Positions 1-8,821 of a DNA stretch of 64,000 bases are shown here, piece after piece. Origin of the DNA: Longimicrobiales bacterium (GTDB taxonomy: Bacteria > Gemmatimonadota > Gemmatimonadetes > Longimicrobiales > Gaopeijiaceae); contig CBDDCX010000005.1 in the NCBI GenBank assembly GCA_965226375.1, forward strand, positions 224,001 to 288,000, given 5' to 3'. The notes below the pieces were generated by a model. It saw only the letters and a list, made by a program, of their open reading frames with translations, was not told where the DNA came from and searched no databases. The translations under genes were made by a program, and so were the position numbers. Position 1 is the stretch's first letter; each line of letters begins with the position of its first letter.

Positions 1-464
1 TGCATGTCGGGCCGGCGACGGAGCTGACGCCTGACCTCTTCGCTCACCAGGATCTGGCCTGGCTCGGCGAGGCCCTCCAATCGCGAGGCGCGGTTGACCC
101 CGTCTCCCATAATGTCCCCGTCCGGCCGGACGACCACGTCCCCCAGGTGCACGCCGATGCGGAGTTGATGCGGTCCGCCCGTCCAGCCTTCAGTCAGTTG
201 CTGGAAGCGAAGCTGGAGTTGCAGAGCGGCCCGGGCTGCTCCCTCCGCACTGCGAAACTGAGCCAGCACGCCATCTCCTAGAAACTTCACGACGGTGCCG
301 CCGTGCCGCTCAGCGGCGTTCCGCGACGCCGTCTGGAGCACCTCCACGATCAGCAGGGCCAGAGGCTCGTCGCCAGTGGACAGCGCGGTGTATCCCACGA
401 TATCGGCAAACCAGACCGCCGCCAGCCGGCGGGATTCGGATAGGTCTGAGTGAGGAGGGCTCAT
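1..464 (-). CDS. Class III adenylate/guanylate cyclase domain protein (runs off the window edge)
   Basis: Hand translation from ATG at 464 (absent from the ORF track): MSPPHSDLSESRRLAAVWFADIVGYTAL...VVKFLGDGVLAQF...LRIGVHLGDVV...DIMGDGVNRASRLE; these are canonical cyclase motifs. Confidence 0.9.
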   Translation of the reverse strand, partial: MSPPHSDLSESRRLAAVWFADIVGYTALSTGDEPLALLIVEVLQTASRNAAERHGGTVVKFLGDGVLAQFRSAEGAARAALQLQLRFQQLTEGWTGGPHQLRIGVHLGDVVVRPDGDIMGDGVNRASRLEGLAEPGQILVSEEVRRQLRRRPDM

Positions 465-722
465 GAGAGCGTCCGCTGCTGAGGGCCGGCTCGTGAGGTG
501 AGACCGCCCGGTTGGCTACCCTCACAAGATGCTCGGCACCTCCCCACGATGTCCAGGAAGTGAGCTTCGACGACATGGCGAAGCCCTCGCTCGTATCGCT
601 CTCGATCCACGAGTATCGGGCAGCCAACAAGTGCCCCCTCCCGCTTGCGGGTGGGACACCCTTTGGATCTATTCGGACCACCCGTTCGTCCACCTCACCG
701 GCCTCGGCCGCGGGCCCCCACA

Positions 723-1706
723 ATGGAAACCAAGAGACCCACCAACCCCGCCGCCGAGGAGATCCTAGGGGGGTATTTCCCCGTCCTCGACCATGGATTC
801 GTCAGCCTTGTCGACTACATGGGCACCGACGAAGACGTGGAGCGGGCTGCACGTGTCAGCTACGGGTACGGTACCCGAAAGGTGAGCCAGACCCGGGGCT
901 TGATCCGATATCTGCGCCGTCATTACCACACGACGCCGAGCGAGATGGTCGAGCTCAAGTTCCACTGTGCGATGCCCATGTTCGTGGCACGTCAGTGGAT
1001 ACGACATCGGATGGCCTCTGTAAATGAGTATAGTGGCCGTTATTCGCTCATGCCGCTCCTCTTCTACAAGCCGGACCTGGAGCACTTCGCGCTCCAAAGT
1101 GCAGACAACAACCAGGGCCGACAGTCGGAGTCCGCTCCGTCGGAGCTGTACGAGAAAACGGTGGCGCACTGGGAGCGGGTCCGTACGGAAGCCTCTCAGG
1201 GGTACCGATGGATGGTCGAGGAAGACGTGGCTCGCGAGCTCGCCCGCATCGATCTTCCCATGTCCACGTACACGCAGTGGTATTGGAAGATCGACCTGCA
1301 CAACCTCTTCCACTTCCTGACGCTTCGGGCCGACCCCCACGCACAGTGGGAGATCCAGGAGTTCGCACGGGTCATGGCCGGCATGTTGAAGCGTGTGGCC
1401 CCACTCAGCTACGAGGCGTGGCTGGACTACAACGTTGGAGCCGAGCCCATGAGCCGAGCCGAGATGACCGTGCTGCGTCATCTGCTCGAGGGTGACGAAG
1501 ACGGTGTGCGAGCTAAGTCGAACGTGTCGCGGCTCACGCCCGACGATCTCAAGGAAATGGGGCTTTCCGGAAGGGAGGCTCGAGAGTTGGTCGACAAGCT
1601 CCACCCGCGCGACCTGCCGGACTATGAACTGGATCTCTCGAGAATGCGTCCCGCCGAGGAGTTGGCAAAGGAGTTGGAGGAGGCGGTTCCTGGCTCGTTC
1701 GAGTAG
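723..1706 (+). CDS. thyX: FAD-dependent thymidylate synthase
   Basis: RHRMASVNEYSGRY ThyX motif, AARVSYG, HAQWEI; start taken at ATG 723. Confidence 0.95.
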   Translation: METKRPTNPAAEEILGGYFPVLDHGFVSLVDYMGTDEDVERAARVSYGYGTRKVSQTRGLIRYLRRHYHTTPSEMVELKFHCAMPMFVARQWIRHRMASVNEYSGRYSLMPLLFYKPDLEHFALQSADNNQGRQSESAPSELYEKTVAHWERVRTEASQGYRWMVEEDVARELARIDLPMSTYTQWYWKIDLHNLFHFLTLRADPHAQWEIQEFARVMAGMLKRVAPLSYEAWLDYNVGAEPMSRAEMTVLRHLLEGDEDGVRAKSNVSRLTPDDLKEMGLSGREARELVDKLHPRDLPDYELDLSRMRPAEELAKELEEAVPGSFE

Positions 1707-1718
1707 ACGGAGTGCCGA

Positions 1719-2706
1719 GTGAGGCTCCGCCTCTCCGCGAGAGCATTGGCTGGGTTCTTGGCTTTAGCCGTCGCCGGGCCGTCGCTGTGTCCCGGTGCAC
1801 TTTGGGGCCAGGACACGTCGCGGTGGTTGCCGGGACTCCGCTCTTTCGATCCCCTCATCGCTGCCCCGCGTGAAACTCAGTTCCGGGGATCATTGGTTCT
1901 TGCGGACCGACCCGACATCGGGGACTATCCAGGCCGCAACATCGAGGCGGAGGTGGTGATCGGTCACAGCCGGGCCATCCTGAGAATGGATGGCGGCGAC
2001 ACGAGCCTCCGGGCGGTCACTCTCGGCTACCAGCTGGGCGTCTTCTCGCGCTTCTATATGCAAAACTCCCAGAAGGACCTGATCAACATCGATTATCGGC
2101 TGGGATTGCCGGTGGTCATCCGCAACGACAATTGGTGGATCAGGATAACGCTCCGGCACCTCAGCTCCCACGCTGAACCCGGGAGTCCGGCCTGCGTGAG
2201 CAGGTCGGACGAACAAGGAGCTTCCTCATGGAAAAGATGGTCGAAGTTGAGCGGGCCACGAGACGGCTGCGTCAGGGAGACGACTACCTGACGCGCTTCT
2301 CCGAGACGGTGTTACAAGAGAAAAACGAGTTGCCGCAACGCACCAGGGACGGCGTCGAGGGCCTATTGGCCAGGAGGTTCGGCTTGGGCGGACGCATCTA
2401 TGCCGGTGGCGACGTGAACTCCACATCAACTCGAAGACGTCCCGGGCCGTACTCCGAACGGGGCTGGAGTGGGATCCGCGAGGACCGAGCACGCACGATC
2501 GGGTCTGGCCCTTCGGTGCGGTCAACTTTGAATACCCCTCATTCACCCGCAGGTCGGGGACTACGCTGGTGGCTGGAATGGGGACGATGGTAAACGGACG
2601 GATTCTACGGCTCGAGGCACGTGGCCACTTCGGCGCCTCTCCGATGGGGCAAATGGCCGAGGCCGAGGAGACCCTGATCGGTATCGGCATCAGCCTAGTC
2701 CCGTGA
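1719..2706 (+). pseudogene. DUF1207-like exported/outer-membrane protein, disrupted by a ~104-bp insertion and a 1-bp deletion
   Basis: Signal peptide, F-PLIA-PRE and DLINIDY motifs. The HxSSH(x)GD motif is split by the insert 2172-2275; a second frameshift lies near 2420; the final frame ends at TGA 2706, overlapping the next GTG. Confidence 0.75.
2172..2275 (+). mobile_element. Short foreign insert (probable IS left-end remnant) with GNRA hairpin, SD and ATG
   Basis: Interrupts a conserved motif; 11-bp stem with GTGA loop at 2185-2210, then AAGGAG and ATG 2228. Confidence 0.55.
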
Positions 2707-3245
2707 CACGAAACGCTCTCCCCCCCAGACCGTCCCAGCGCGAGCGCCGCGTGGGCGCACGCCGGACGCTGATGATCCTGGTCGTCACGATCTCGACCCT
2801 CGTCGTCGGGTCGGTGACCTTCATGGTACTGGAGGGCAGGGGTCGGATTCCGGAGGGGCGCCCGGTGTTGGCGATCCTTCCGTTCGTGGGCTCCACGTCG
2901 GGCTCCAACCGCTACGCTGGGTTCGGCGAGGGGCTGGCGTCCTACTTCAGCCGTATGGATCCGAGAGATCTCCTCGTCTTCGGCCCTGCCAGCACTGCTG
3001 ACCGCGTGGTAGCGGCCGACGGAGACGCACTCGCGGTGGGACGAGAACTCCAGGCCGACATGATCCTCGTGGGTCGCGAGATCACCCGCGAGGCGACGCT
3101 GGTGCTCCTGGCTGAACTCTTCCGGATCGACAGCGGCGCACTTGTCTGGAGTGGGGAATACGATGTTGGGGACGCGGCGGCACTGCGTCTGGCACAGACG
3201 AGAATCGGCACCGAAGTCACGGAGGTACTGGACCTGCCTCGTTGA
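2703..3245 (+). CDS. Membrane-anchored protein with TolB-N-like domain
   Basis: One TM helix followed by PVLAILPF...VGRELQADMILVG...LVWSGEYD. Confidence 0.7.
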   Translation: MTRNALPPRPSQRERRVGARRTLMILVVTISTLVVGSVTFMVLEGRGRIPEGRPVLAILPFVGSTSGSNRYAGFGEGLASYFSRMDPRDLLVFGPASTADRVVAADGDALAVGRELQADMILVGREITREATLVLLAELFRIDSGALVWSGEYDVGDAAALRLAQTRIGTEVTEVLDLPR

Positions 3246-3269
3246 GCTCGAACCGTACGTGTCGCGGGC

Positions 3270-4175
3270 TCAGGAAAGAGCCGCCTCTACCGTTCCACAG
3301 TGAATCGCCACGGTGTCAGCAGGTCGGATGGCGTAGCCTCCGGCGAGAGTGATCGCCACGCCCACGCCCGCTTCCCTGGCGGTTGCCAGGACGTGTTCGT
3401 CCCGCGCTCTCAAGCCCTCTTGTGTGAGCGCCAGTCCGCCGAGTTGATCGGCTTCGTACGGATCGGCTCCGGCGAGATACAGGATCAACTGAGGACGATA
3501 CTCCTCCAGCACGCGGGGCAGGTGCTCCCCGAGTAGCCCCAGGTACTCGTCGTCGCCCACGCCGTCCTCCAGCCCCACGTCTAGATCCCCCGCCGGTTTT
3601 AGGGCAGGGTAGTTCCAGTGGTGGTGCATGGAAAAGGTGAAGACACCCGGCTCCTCCGCGAAGATGGAGGCGGTGCCGTTACCGTGGTGAACGTCGAGGT
3701 CGACGACCGCGATGCGCTCGACCACGCCCTGCGCCAGTAGCTCCGACGCGGCAATGGCGATGTCGTTGAGGAGGCAAAAGCCTTCGCCGTGATCTGCGAA
3801 TGCGTGATGGAATCCACCGCCCAGATGGACGGCTACGCCCTCTGCCAGCGCCAGTCGTCCAGCCTGGGTGGTCCCCCCGGCGCAGAGAAGGGACGCCGTC
3901 CTCAGGTCGTCGGAGAAGGGCAGCTCCAGGATACGCTCCTCCGAAGAGGTGAAGGTCCCGGTCGTAATCTGCTCCCAATATTCGGGCGTATGGACTCGGA
4001 GGACGGCCTCTTCAGACGCCGGCTCAGGTGACTCGAGGCGAGCCTTCTCGAGCCAGCCCCCCTCTTCGAGGCGGTCCTTTACCAACCGGTACTTCTCTAC
4101 GGGGAAGACGTGCTTTCCGATGTCCACCTCGTATCCGGGACACCAGATGACGGGAACCCGACCACGCTCGCTCAT
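3270..4175 (-). CDS. Histone deacetylase-family (AcuC/AphA-like) Zn hydrolase
   Basis: GGGFHHA, GFCLLND, DLDVHHGNGT, GAD and GGY motifs. Confidence 0.93.
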   Translation of the reverse strand: MSERGRVPVIWCPGYEVDIGKHVFPVEKYRLVKDRLEEGGWLEKARLESPEPASEEAVLRVHTPEYWEQITTGTFTSSEERILELPFSDDLRTASLLCAGGTTQAGRLALAEGVAVHLGGGFHHAFADHGEGFCLLNDIAIAASELLAQGVVERIAVVDLDVHHGNGTASIFAEEPGVFTFSMHHHWNYPALKPAGDLDVGLEDGVGDDEYLGLLGEHLPRVLEEYRPQLILYLAGADPYEADQLGGLALTQEGLRARDEHVLATAREAGVGVAITLAGGYAIRPADTVAIHCGTVEAALS

Positions 4176-4377
4176 GCCGCACCCTCCCCTCCGATCAACC
4201 GCCGATTCATCAACGATCTGTGTCGCGCATCCCTTACATACGATCCGGAGTCGGGTTGAGGTTCCATGGAGCCTTGCTGCGCGTGCCGATCGTTGGGTTG
4301 ACGGGGCCGGCTTTCCGCTTGCTCTCGCCCATGGAGAGCCGATACCATCGGGCAACTCAAGGCATGGAGAAACCCCG

Positions 4378-4845
4378 ATGGGCGAAGTGGTCTACACGGC
4401 GGACATCCGCATCGAACGTATGAAAGGCCCGGTGCGCCGTGCCTACCTTCCCGCCACTCCCGAGCCCACGATGTTCGGCGTGCACGGCGCCATCGCCGAA
4501 CATTACGGAGTCGAGCCTGAAGAAGAATTCGCTACGACGCTCGATCACGTCATGGCCGCCGCGGGTGGCTGACTGACCGGTACCCTCGGAGGCGCGCTGG
4601 AGGCGCGCGGGATATCGGCAGGCGACGGACGACTCACGGCCAGAGTGAGGGGAGAAGTCGAAAAAGAGGATGGGGTCCTCGTGATCAAGCGGATCCACGT
4701 CCGCTATCGTCTGGTGGCAGATGTCGCGGACGAAGAGACCGCCCGGCGGTGCCAGGAGGTCCATCACTCTCATTGCCCTGTTTACAGAACGATCGAGGGG
4801 TGTGTCGACATCACTACAGAATTGGAGATCGAAACTCCGGACTAG
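4378..4845 (+). CDS. OsmC-family selenoprotein candidate (Sec at codon 65, TGA 4570-4572), 155 aa
   Basis: Two in-frame ORF pieces join through a single TGA at the catalytic Cys position (AAAGG-U-LTGT); resolving HCPVY motif present; hairpin directly 3' of the TGA. Confidence 0.85.
4573..4621 (+). promoter_or_regulatory. Putative bacterial SECIS element
   Basis: Apical stem GCGCGC-TGGAG-GCGCGC (4592-4608) on a lower stem (CTGACCGGTACCC/GGGATATCGGCAG) starting right after the TGA. Confidence 0.7.
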
Positions 4846-4898
4846 TCTGGTGTCCCGGTAGTGCGCTCGATTGCGGCACATACGGGACACCGCGCTGG
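4842..4898. repeat. Mini CTAG-terminal inverted-repeat element
   Basis: CTAGTCTGGTGTCCCG...CGGGACACCGCGCTGG; resembles 52591-52651. Confidence 0.55.
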
Positions 4899-4910
4899 CC
4901 TGCTCTGCGC

Positions 4911-5597
4911 TCAGCGGGATCCTTCCGTCATGGCGACCTCGTCGCTTACTGCGCCGACGTGTTCGATGACGAGGGCCACCCTCCGATTCTCCCAGCCCTT
5001 CTCCCGCCCTGCTTGGCCGGGAGCCACGAGGCGAGCCATGTCTTCCCCATAACTCACCGTTCGGACGTTGCTCTCGTCGAATCCGCCTGACTCTACCAGG
5101 TAACTTCGGACCGCGTCCGCCCGTCTCAATCCGAGCTGTCGGTTGTATGCCACCGACCCGGCCGGATCCGTGAATCCCTCCACGGTGATGAGGGCCTCGG
5201 AGTAGAACTCCAACACGACACTGCTGAACCGGTCCAGGACCGGCAGATCTTCGGATCGGAGATCGGCCTCATCGAACGCGAAGTACACGGGCATGTCGAA
5301 GCGAACGGCGCTCCCCAGGCGCTCCACCGTGATATCGAACTCACTCTGAAGCGCCGTGAGGCTCTGGGCCAGTCCGTCCAGACAGGCCGAAAGCTCCTCC
5401 ATCTGTTCGTCTGTGAGCCGGCCAAGATCGTTCACACGCTCCTGGTTGGCTCGGTCGCCCTCTTCGATCTGCCGACGGAGGGACTCGACCTCGGCGTCGA
5501 ACTGCTCGCGGCCCACATGGGCGCACGCGCCAGTAAGGCCGGCGAGGAAAAGGGTCAGGGCCGCAGTCGCCTGCAACCGGGTTCCCGCGTTGATCAT
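4911..5597 (-). CDS. OmpA/Pal-family peptidoglycan-binding lipoprotein
   Basis: LTGAC lipobox-like, coiled coil, VYFAFD, EGFTD, YNRQLGLRRA, NRRV; AGGAGG RBS. Confidence 0.9.
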   Translation of the reverse strand: MINAGTRLQATAALTLFLAGLTGACAHVGREQFDAEVESLRRQIEEGDRANQERVNDLGRLTDEQMEELSACLDGLAQSLTALQSEFDITVERLGSAVRFDMPVYFAFDEADLRSEDLPVLDRFSSVVLEFYSEALITVEGFTDPAGSVAYNRQLGLRRADAVRSYLVESGGFDESNVRTVSYGEDMARLVAPGQAGREKGWENRRVALVIEHVGAVSDEVAMTEGSR

Positions 5598-5674
5598 CGG
5601 TCCTCCTGCATCATGGGTGCTCATGTGCTCGTTGTTGAACGCGCTGGTCGCGCTCAGGCACGGAGGGCACACGA

Positions 5675-5691
5675 TGCAGGAAGGGTGCCAA
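5675..5691 (-). promoter_or_regulatory. Putative sigma-54 (-24/-12) promoter of the OmpA-family gene
   Basis: Minus strand TTGGCACCCTTCCTGCA with exact GG-N10-GC spacing, ~80 bp upstream of the start. Confidence 0.6.
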
Positions 5692-5716
5692 CCCGCCGTG
5701 CTACTTCAACAGACGT

Positions 5717-5882
5717 CTAGTGTCCTGTCTCAGAAATACGCTGGCATTCGTGAACCGCTGCATCCACCCTGGCCGCGTTGTTCCTCCTCAAAATAGCCTT
5801 GCTATTCCTCGTCGTCTCGCCTTGCCAGGCCGGCGCATCGGTCCCCTCGGTGCGTCACCGTATTTCTGAGACAGGACACTAG
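5717..5882. mobile_element. MITE-like element, 166 bp
   Basis: Perfect 24-bp terminal inverted repeats (CTAGTGTCCTGTCTCAGAAATACG) ending in CTAG; non-coding; 50-bp core shared with 28260-28309. Confidence 0.85.
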
Positions 5883-7246
5883 GCGACCCAGACCGTCTTG
5901 ACGTTCACGAACTCCCGGATTCCTAGTGGGGAGAGCTCCCGGCCGTATCCGCTCCGCTTGGTGCCGCCGAAGGGTAGGCGGGGATCAGATCTGGGGAAGG
6001 AGTTCACGAAGCACGCGCCGGCGTCCAGCCATTCGGCCGCGATCCGCTGCCCGTGCTCCACGTTGCCGGTGTAGACGGAGGCACCCAACCCATACGCTGT
6101 GTCGTTTGCCACACGCAGGGCCTCCCCTTCGTCCGCCACGGGTATGATCACTGCCACCGGTCCGAAGAGCTCCTCGTCGTAGGCCGGCATTCCGGGCCCC
6201 ACGTCGGTGAGCACGGTGGCTGGGTAGAAGTAGCCCGGCGTCTGCGGCAGCTCGCCACCCATCAGAGTGCGGGCCCCCTTGGCGATACTCTCGGTCACCT
6301 GCCGGTGCAGGTTGTCTCGGAGATCCGCTCGTGCGAGAGGTCCTACCGTGGTGGTCGGATCCGTCGGGTCTCCTACCACTGCCTGCGACATCCGCTCGAC
6401 CACCCCCGCCTCGAACTCGTCGCGCACGTCGTCTACCACGATCAGCCGCTTGGCCGCGATACAGCTCTGCCCGGCATTGATCAGCCGACTCGTGATACAG
6501 GCCGTGGCAGCAGCACCGACGTCGGCGTCCGCCAGGACCACGCTGGGGTCGCTTCCACCGAGCTCCAGCACCGTTTTCTTGATGGCCGACCCCGCGGTGG
6601 CGGCCACTGCCCGTCCCGCCCGGGTACTGCCGGTGAGCGTCACTGCCTGGACGCGCTCGTCCCGGATGATCGCGTCCACCTGGGGCACGTCCACGACCAG
6701 GGTGCTGAAGACGTGACCTGGGTATCCCGCCTTCCGGAACAGCGCCTCGAGCGCCATGGCACACCCGGTGACGTTCGGGGCGTGCTTGAGGATCGCCGTG
6801 TTGCCGGCGGTGAGCGTAGGCGCCGCAAAACGGATGACCTGCCAAAAGGGAAAGTTCCAGGGCATGATGGCGAGGATCACACCCAAGGGCTGGTACGTGA
6901 TGAAGCTCCGTGACGCGTCGGATTCGATCACCTCATCGGCCAGGAATTCCTCGGCGTTGTCCGCGTAGTACTCGCAGACCCAGGCGCACTTCTGAATTTC
7001 CCCCGCACCCTCGGCAAGCGGCTTTCCCATCTCACGGCCCATGAGCTGGGCGTATTCTGTTTCACCCTCGCGCAGGCGGGCCGCCAGTCCTCGGAGCCGC
7101 TTCACCCGGTCCGCGAGTTCGACACGTCGCCACATCTGGAAAGCCGCGTCCGAGTTGTGCACCATGTCTTCGATTTGCGCCGCCGACATCTCGGGATATG
7201 TCGACACGATTTCCTCAGTGGCGGGATTTACCGTCGTAATGGTCAT
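5879..7246 (-). CDS. NAD(P)-dependent succinate-semialdehyde dehydrogenase (Sad/GabD1-like)
   Basis: IMPWNFP, TLTGS, LELGGSDP, NAGQSCIAAKR, EELFGPV, PFGGTKRSGYGRE. Confidence 0.9.
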   Translation of the reverse strand: MTITTVNPATEEIVSTYPEMSAAQIEDMVHNSDAAFQMWRRVELADRVKRLRGLAARLREGETEYAQLMGREMGKPLAEGAGEIQKCAWVCEYYADNAEEFLADEVIESDASRSFITYQPLGVILAIMPWNFPFWQVIRFAAPTLTAGNTAILKHAPNVTGCAMALEALFRKAGYPGHVFSTLVVDVPQVDAIIRDERVQAVTLTGSTRAGRAVAATAGSAIKKTVLELGGSDPSVVLADADVGAAATACITSRLINAGQSCIAAKRLIVVDDVRDEFEAGVVERMSQAVVGDPTDPTTTVGPLARADLRDNLHRQVTESIAKGARTLMGGELPQTPGYFYPATVLTDVGPGMPAYDEELFGPVAVIIPVADEGEALRVANDTAYGLGASVYTGNVEHGQRIAAEWLDAGACFVNSFPRSDPRLPFGGTKRSGYGRELSPLGIREFVNVKTVWVA

Positions 7247-7364
7247 GCTTTCCGGTCCTCGACTTGCTTCTGTTAGCTGGAATACTGAGGATGAGCCTCC
7301 GGAGGTTCGATGGCCAGGGGGTCATTCTGCTCCTCTGGGCCACTCGACCGAGGCGATCACTCTG

Positions 7365-8195
7365 GTGCACGATGTCCCTCTGAGGAGAATCGACCTCAGG
7401 CTCCCCGAAGACGATGGCAACCCGAGGGTGTTCCCTTTCTCGGTGGATGCTCTCCAGGGCCTCGATGCACTCGATCTCGACGGCCCCGTTTGTTGCTTCG
7501 TCGGCGAGAACGGCTCCGGGAAATCCACGCTCATGGAGGCCTTGGCTATTGCCACAGGACTGCCCACGGTGGGCTCTGTCAGTGCGTCCCGTGATCGAAG
7601 CCTCGAGGCGCAAGCCAGGTTGGCGCGGTGTCTGAAGCTGGTCTGGAATCGCCGGAGTCGCCGTGGGTTCTTCCTGCGGGCCGAGGACTTCTTCGGATTT
7701 GCCCGGCGGTTGGTGGAGATGCGAGCCGAGTTCAAGGATGATCTTCGAGAGATCGACAAGAACTACCGGGACCGCTCCGAATATGCACGCATGCTCGCTC
7801 GGGGACCGGCCAACCGCTCGTTGGGCGAGATGGAAGGCCGCTATGGCGAGAATCTGGATGCCAACTCCCATGGGGAGAGTTTTCTCAAGCTCTTCCAATC
7901 GCGTCTCGTCCCCGGCGGTCTCTACCTGCTGGATGAGCCCGAGGCCGCGCTGTCTCCGCAGAGCCAGCTGGCCTTTCTGGCCATGATCAAGGACAGCGTG
8001 GACGACGGGTCCCAGTTTCTCATTGCCACCCACTCGCCGATCCTCATGGCCATTCCGGGCGCCACCCTCTTCAGCTTCGATCAACGACCGGTCTGCACCG
8101 TCGCATTCGAAGATCTGGAGCACGTGAACCTGATGAGGGATTTCCTGGCGCAGCCGGAGAGGTTTCTGCGTCACCTGTGGACGGATGGCGATTGA
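7365..8195 (+). CDS. ABC/AAA-type ATPase (COG3910-like)
   Basis: GENGSGKST, FFLRAE, SHGESF, LYLLDEPEAALSP, IATHSPIL; start uncertain. Confidence 0.85.
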   Translation: MHDVPLRRIDLRLPEDDGNPRVFPFSVDALQGLDALDLDGPVCCFVGENGSGKSTLMEALAIATGLPTVGSVSASRDRSLEAQARLARCLKLVWNRRSRRGFFLRAEDFFGFARRLVEMRAEFKDDLREIDKNYRDRSEYARMLARGPANRSLGEMEGRYGENLDANSHGESFLKLFQSRLVPGGLYLLDEPEAALSPQSQLAFLAMIKDSVDDGSQFLIATHSPILMAIPGATLFSFDQRPVCTVAFEDLEHVNLMRDFLAQPERFLRHLWTDGD

Positions 8196-8265
8196 CGGTC
8201 CGCTGAGTGGGCCCCGCCGATGTCGTGAGTCCGCTAGGCTCGCGACGTTGCGTGGTAGTGGGGCT

Positions 8266-8637
8266 CTACCGCGTAGAGACCTCTACGACCCGCACGTTCG
8301 CCGACCCGGCGGTGACCGCAACGCCCACTATGCGCGCATCGACGATGGCATCGCCTACGGCACGGGCCGTCACGAGTCCGTTGGCATCGACGGTGACCAC
8401 CGGTTCGTTGAAGCTGCTCCACACAAAGCTGGCACCGCTGACGACTTGGCTATTCACGTCCCTTGCGGTCGCCTCCAATTGGACCGTGCTCCCGACCGTG
8501 ATGGTCGGGGTGGGGGGCGCAACCGTGATCACTACGACTCTCTGATCATCGATATCGGACGAGGAGCCACCTTCGCACGAGGCCAGGCTGATCAGTATCG
8601 CCGGCAGCAGCATTAGTCCCAGCTTGCCTACTTTCAC
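8266..8637 (-). CDS. Ig-like (Big_2) domain lipoprotein
   Basis: LASC lipobox; VGSTVQLEATARD...WSS...TVDANGLVTARAVG; GTG start after AGGAG. Confidence 0.8.
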   Translation of the reverse strand: MKVGKLGLMLLPAILISLASCEGGSSSDIDDQRVVVITVAPPTPTITVGSTVQLEATARDVNSQVVSGASFVWSSFNEPVVTVDANGLVTARAVGDAIVDARIVGVAVTAGSANVRVVEVSTR

Positions 8638-8821
8638 GGAACACGTCTCCTGATGGTAGGGTTGGTGTGGGGCCCTCACGTGGACCAAGCCCAAGTCTAG
8701 CCGAAACGCTCCCTTGGACGCTAGTGGGCCGGCCGTCCCAGCGATGCGACGTCGGGATCTCAATGCATGATTCCCGTTCGACGCTTAGCCGGCCCCTGAC
8801 CGCATTGTACGGAAGGCCGTT

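Noticed and set aside
3868..4572. 234-aa ORF and separate 66-aa ORF (4645-4845)
   Set aside because: The 5' part is the antisense shadow of the HDAC gene; the real gene starts at 4378 and probably reads through the TGA
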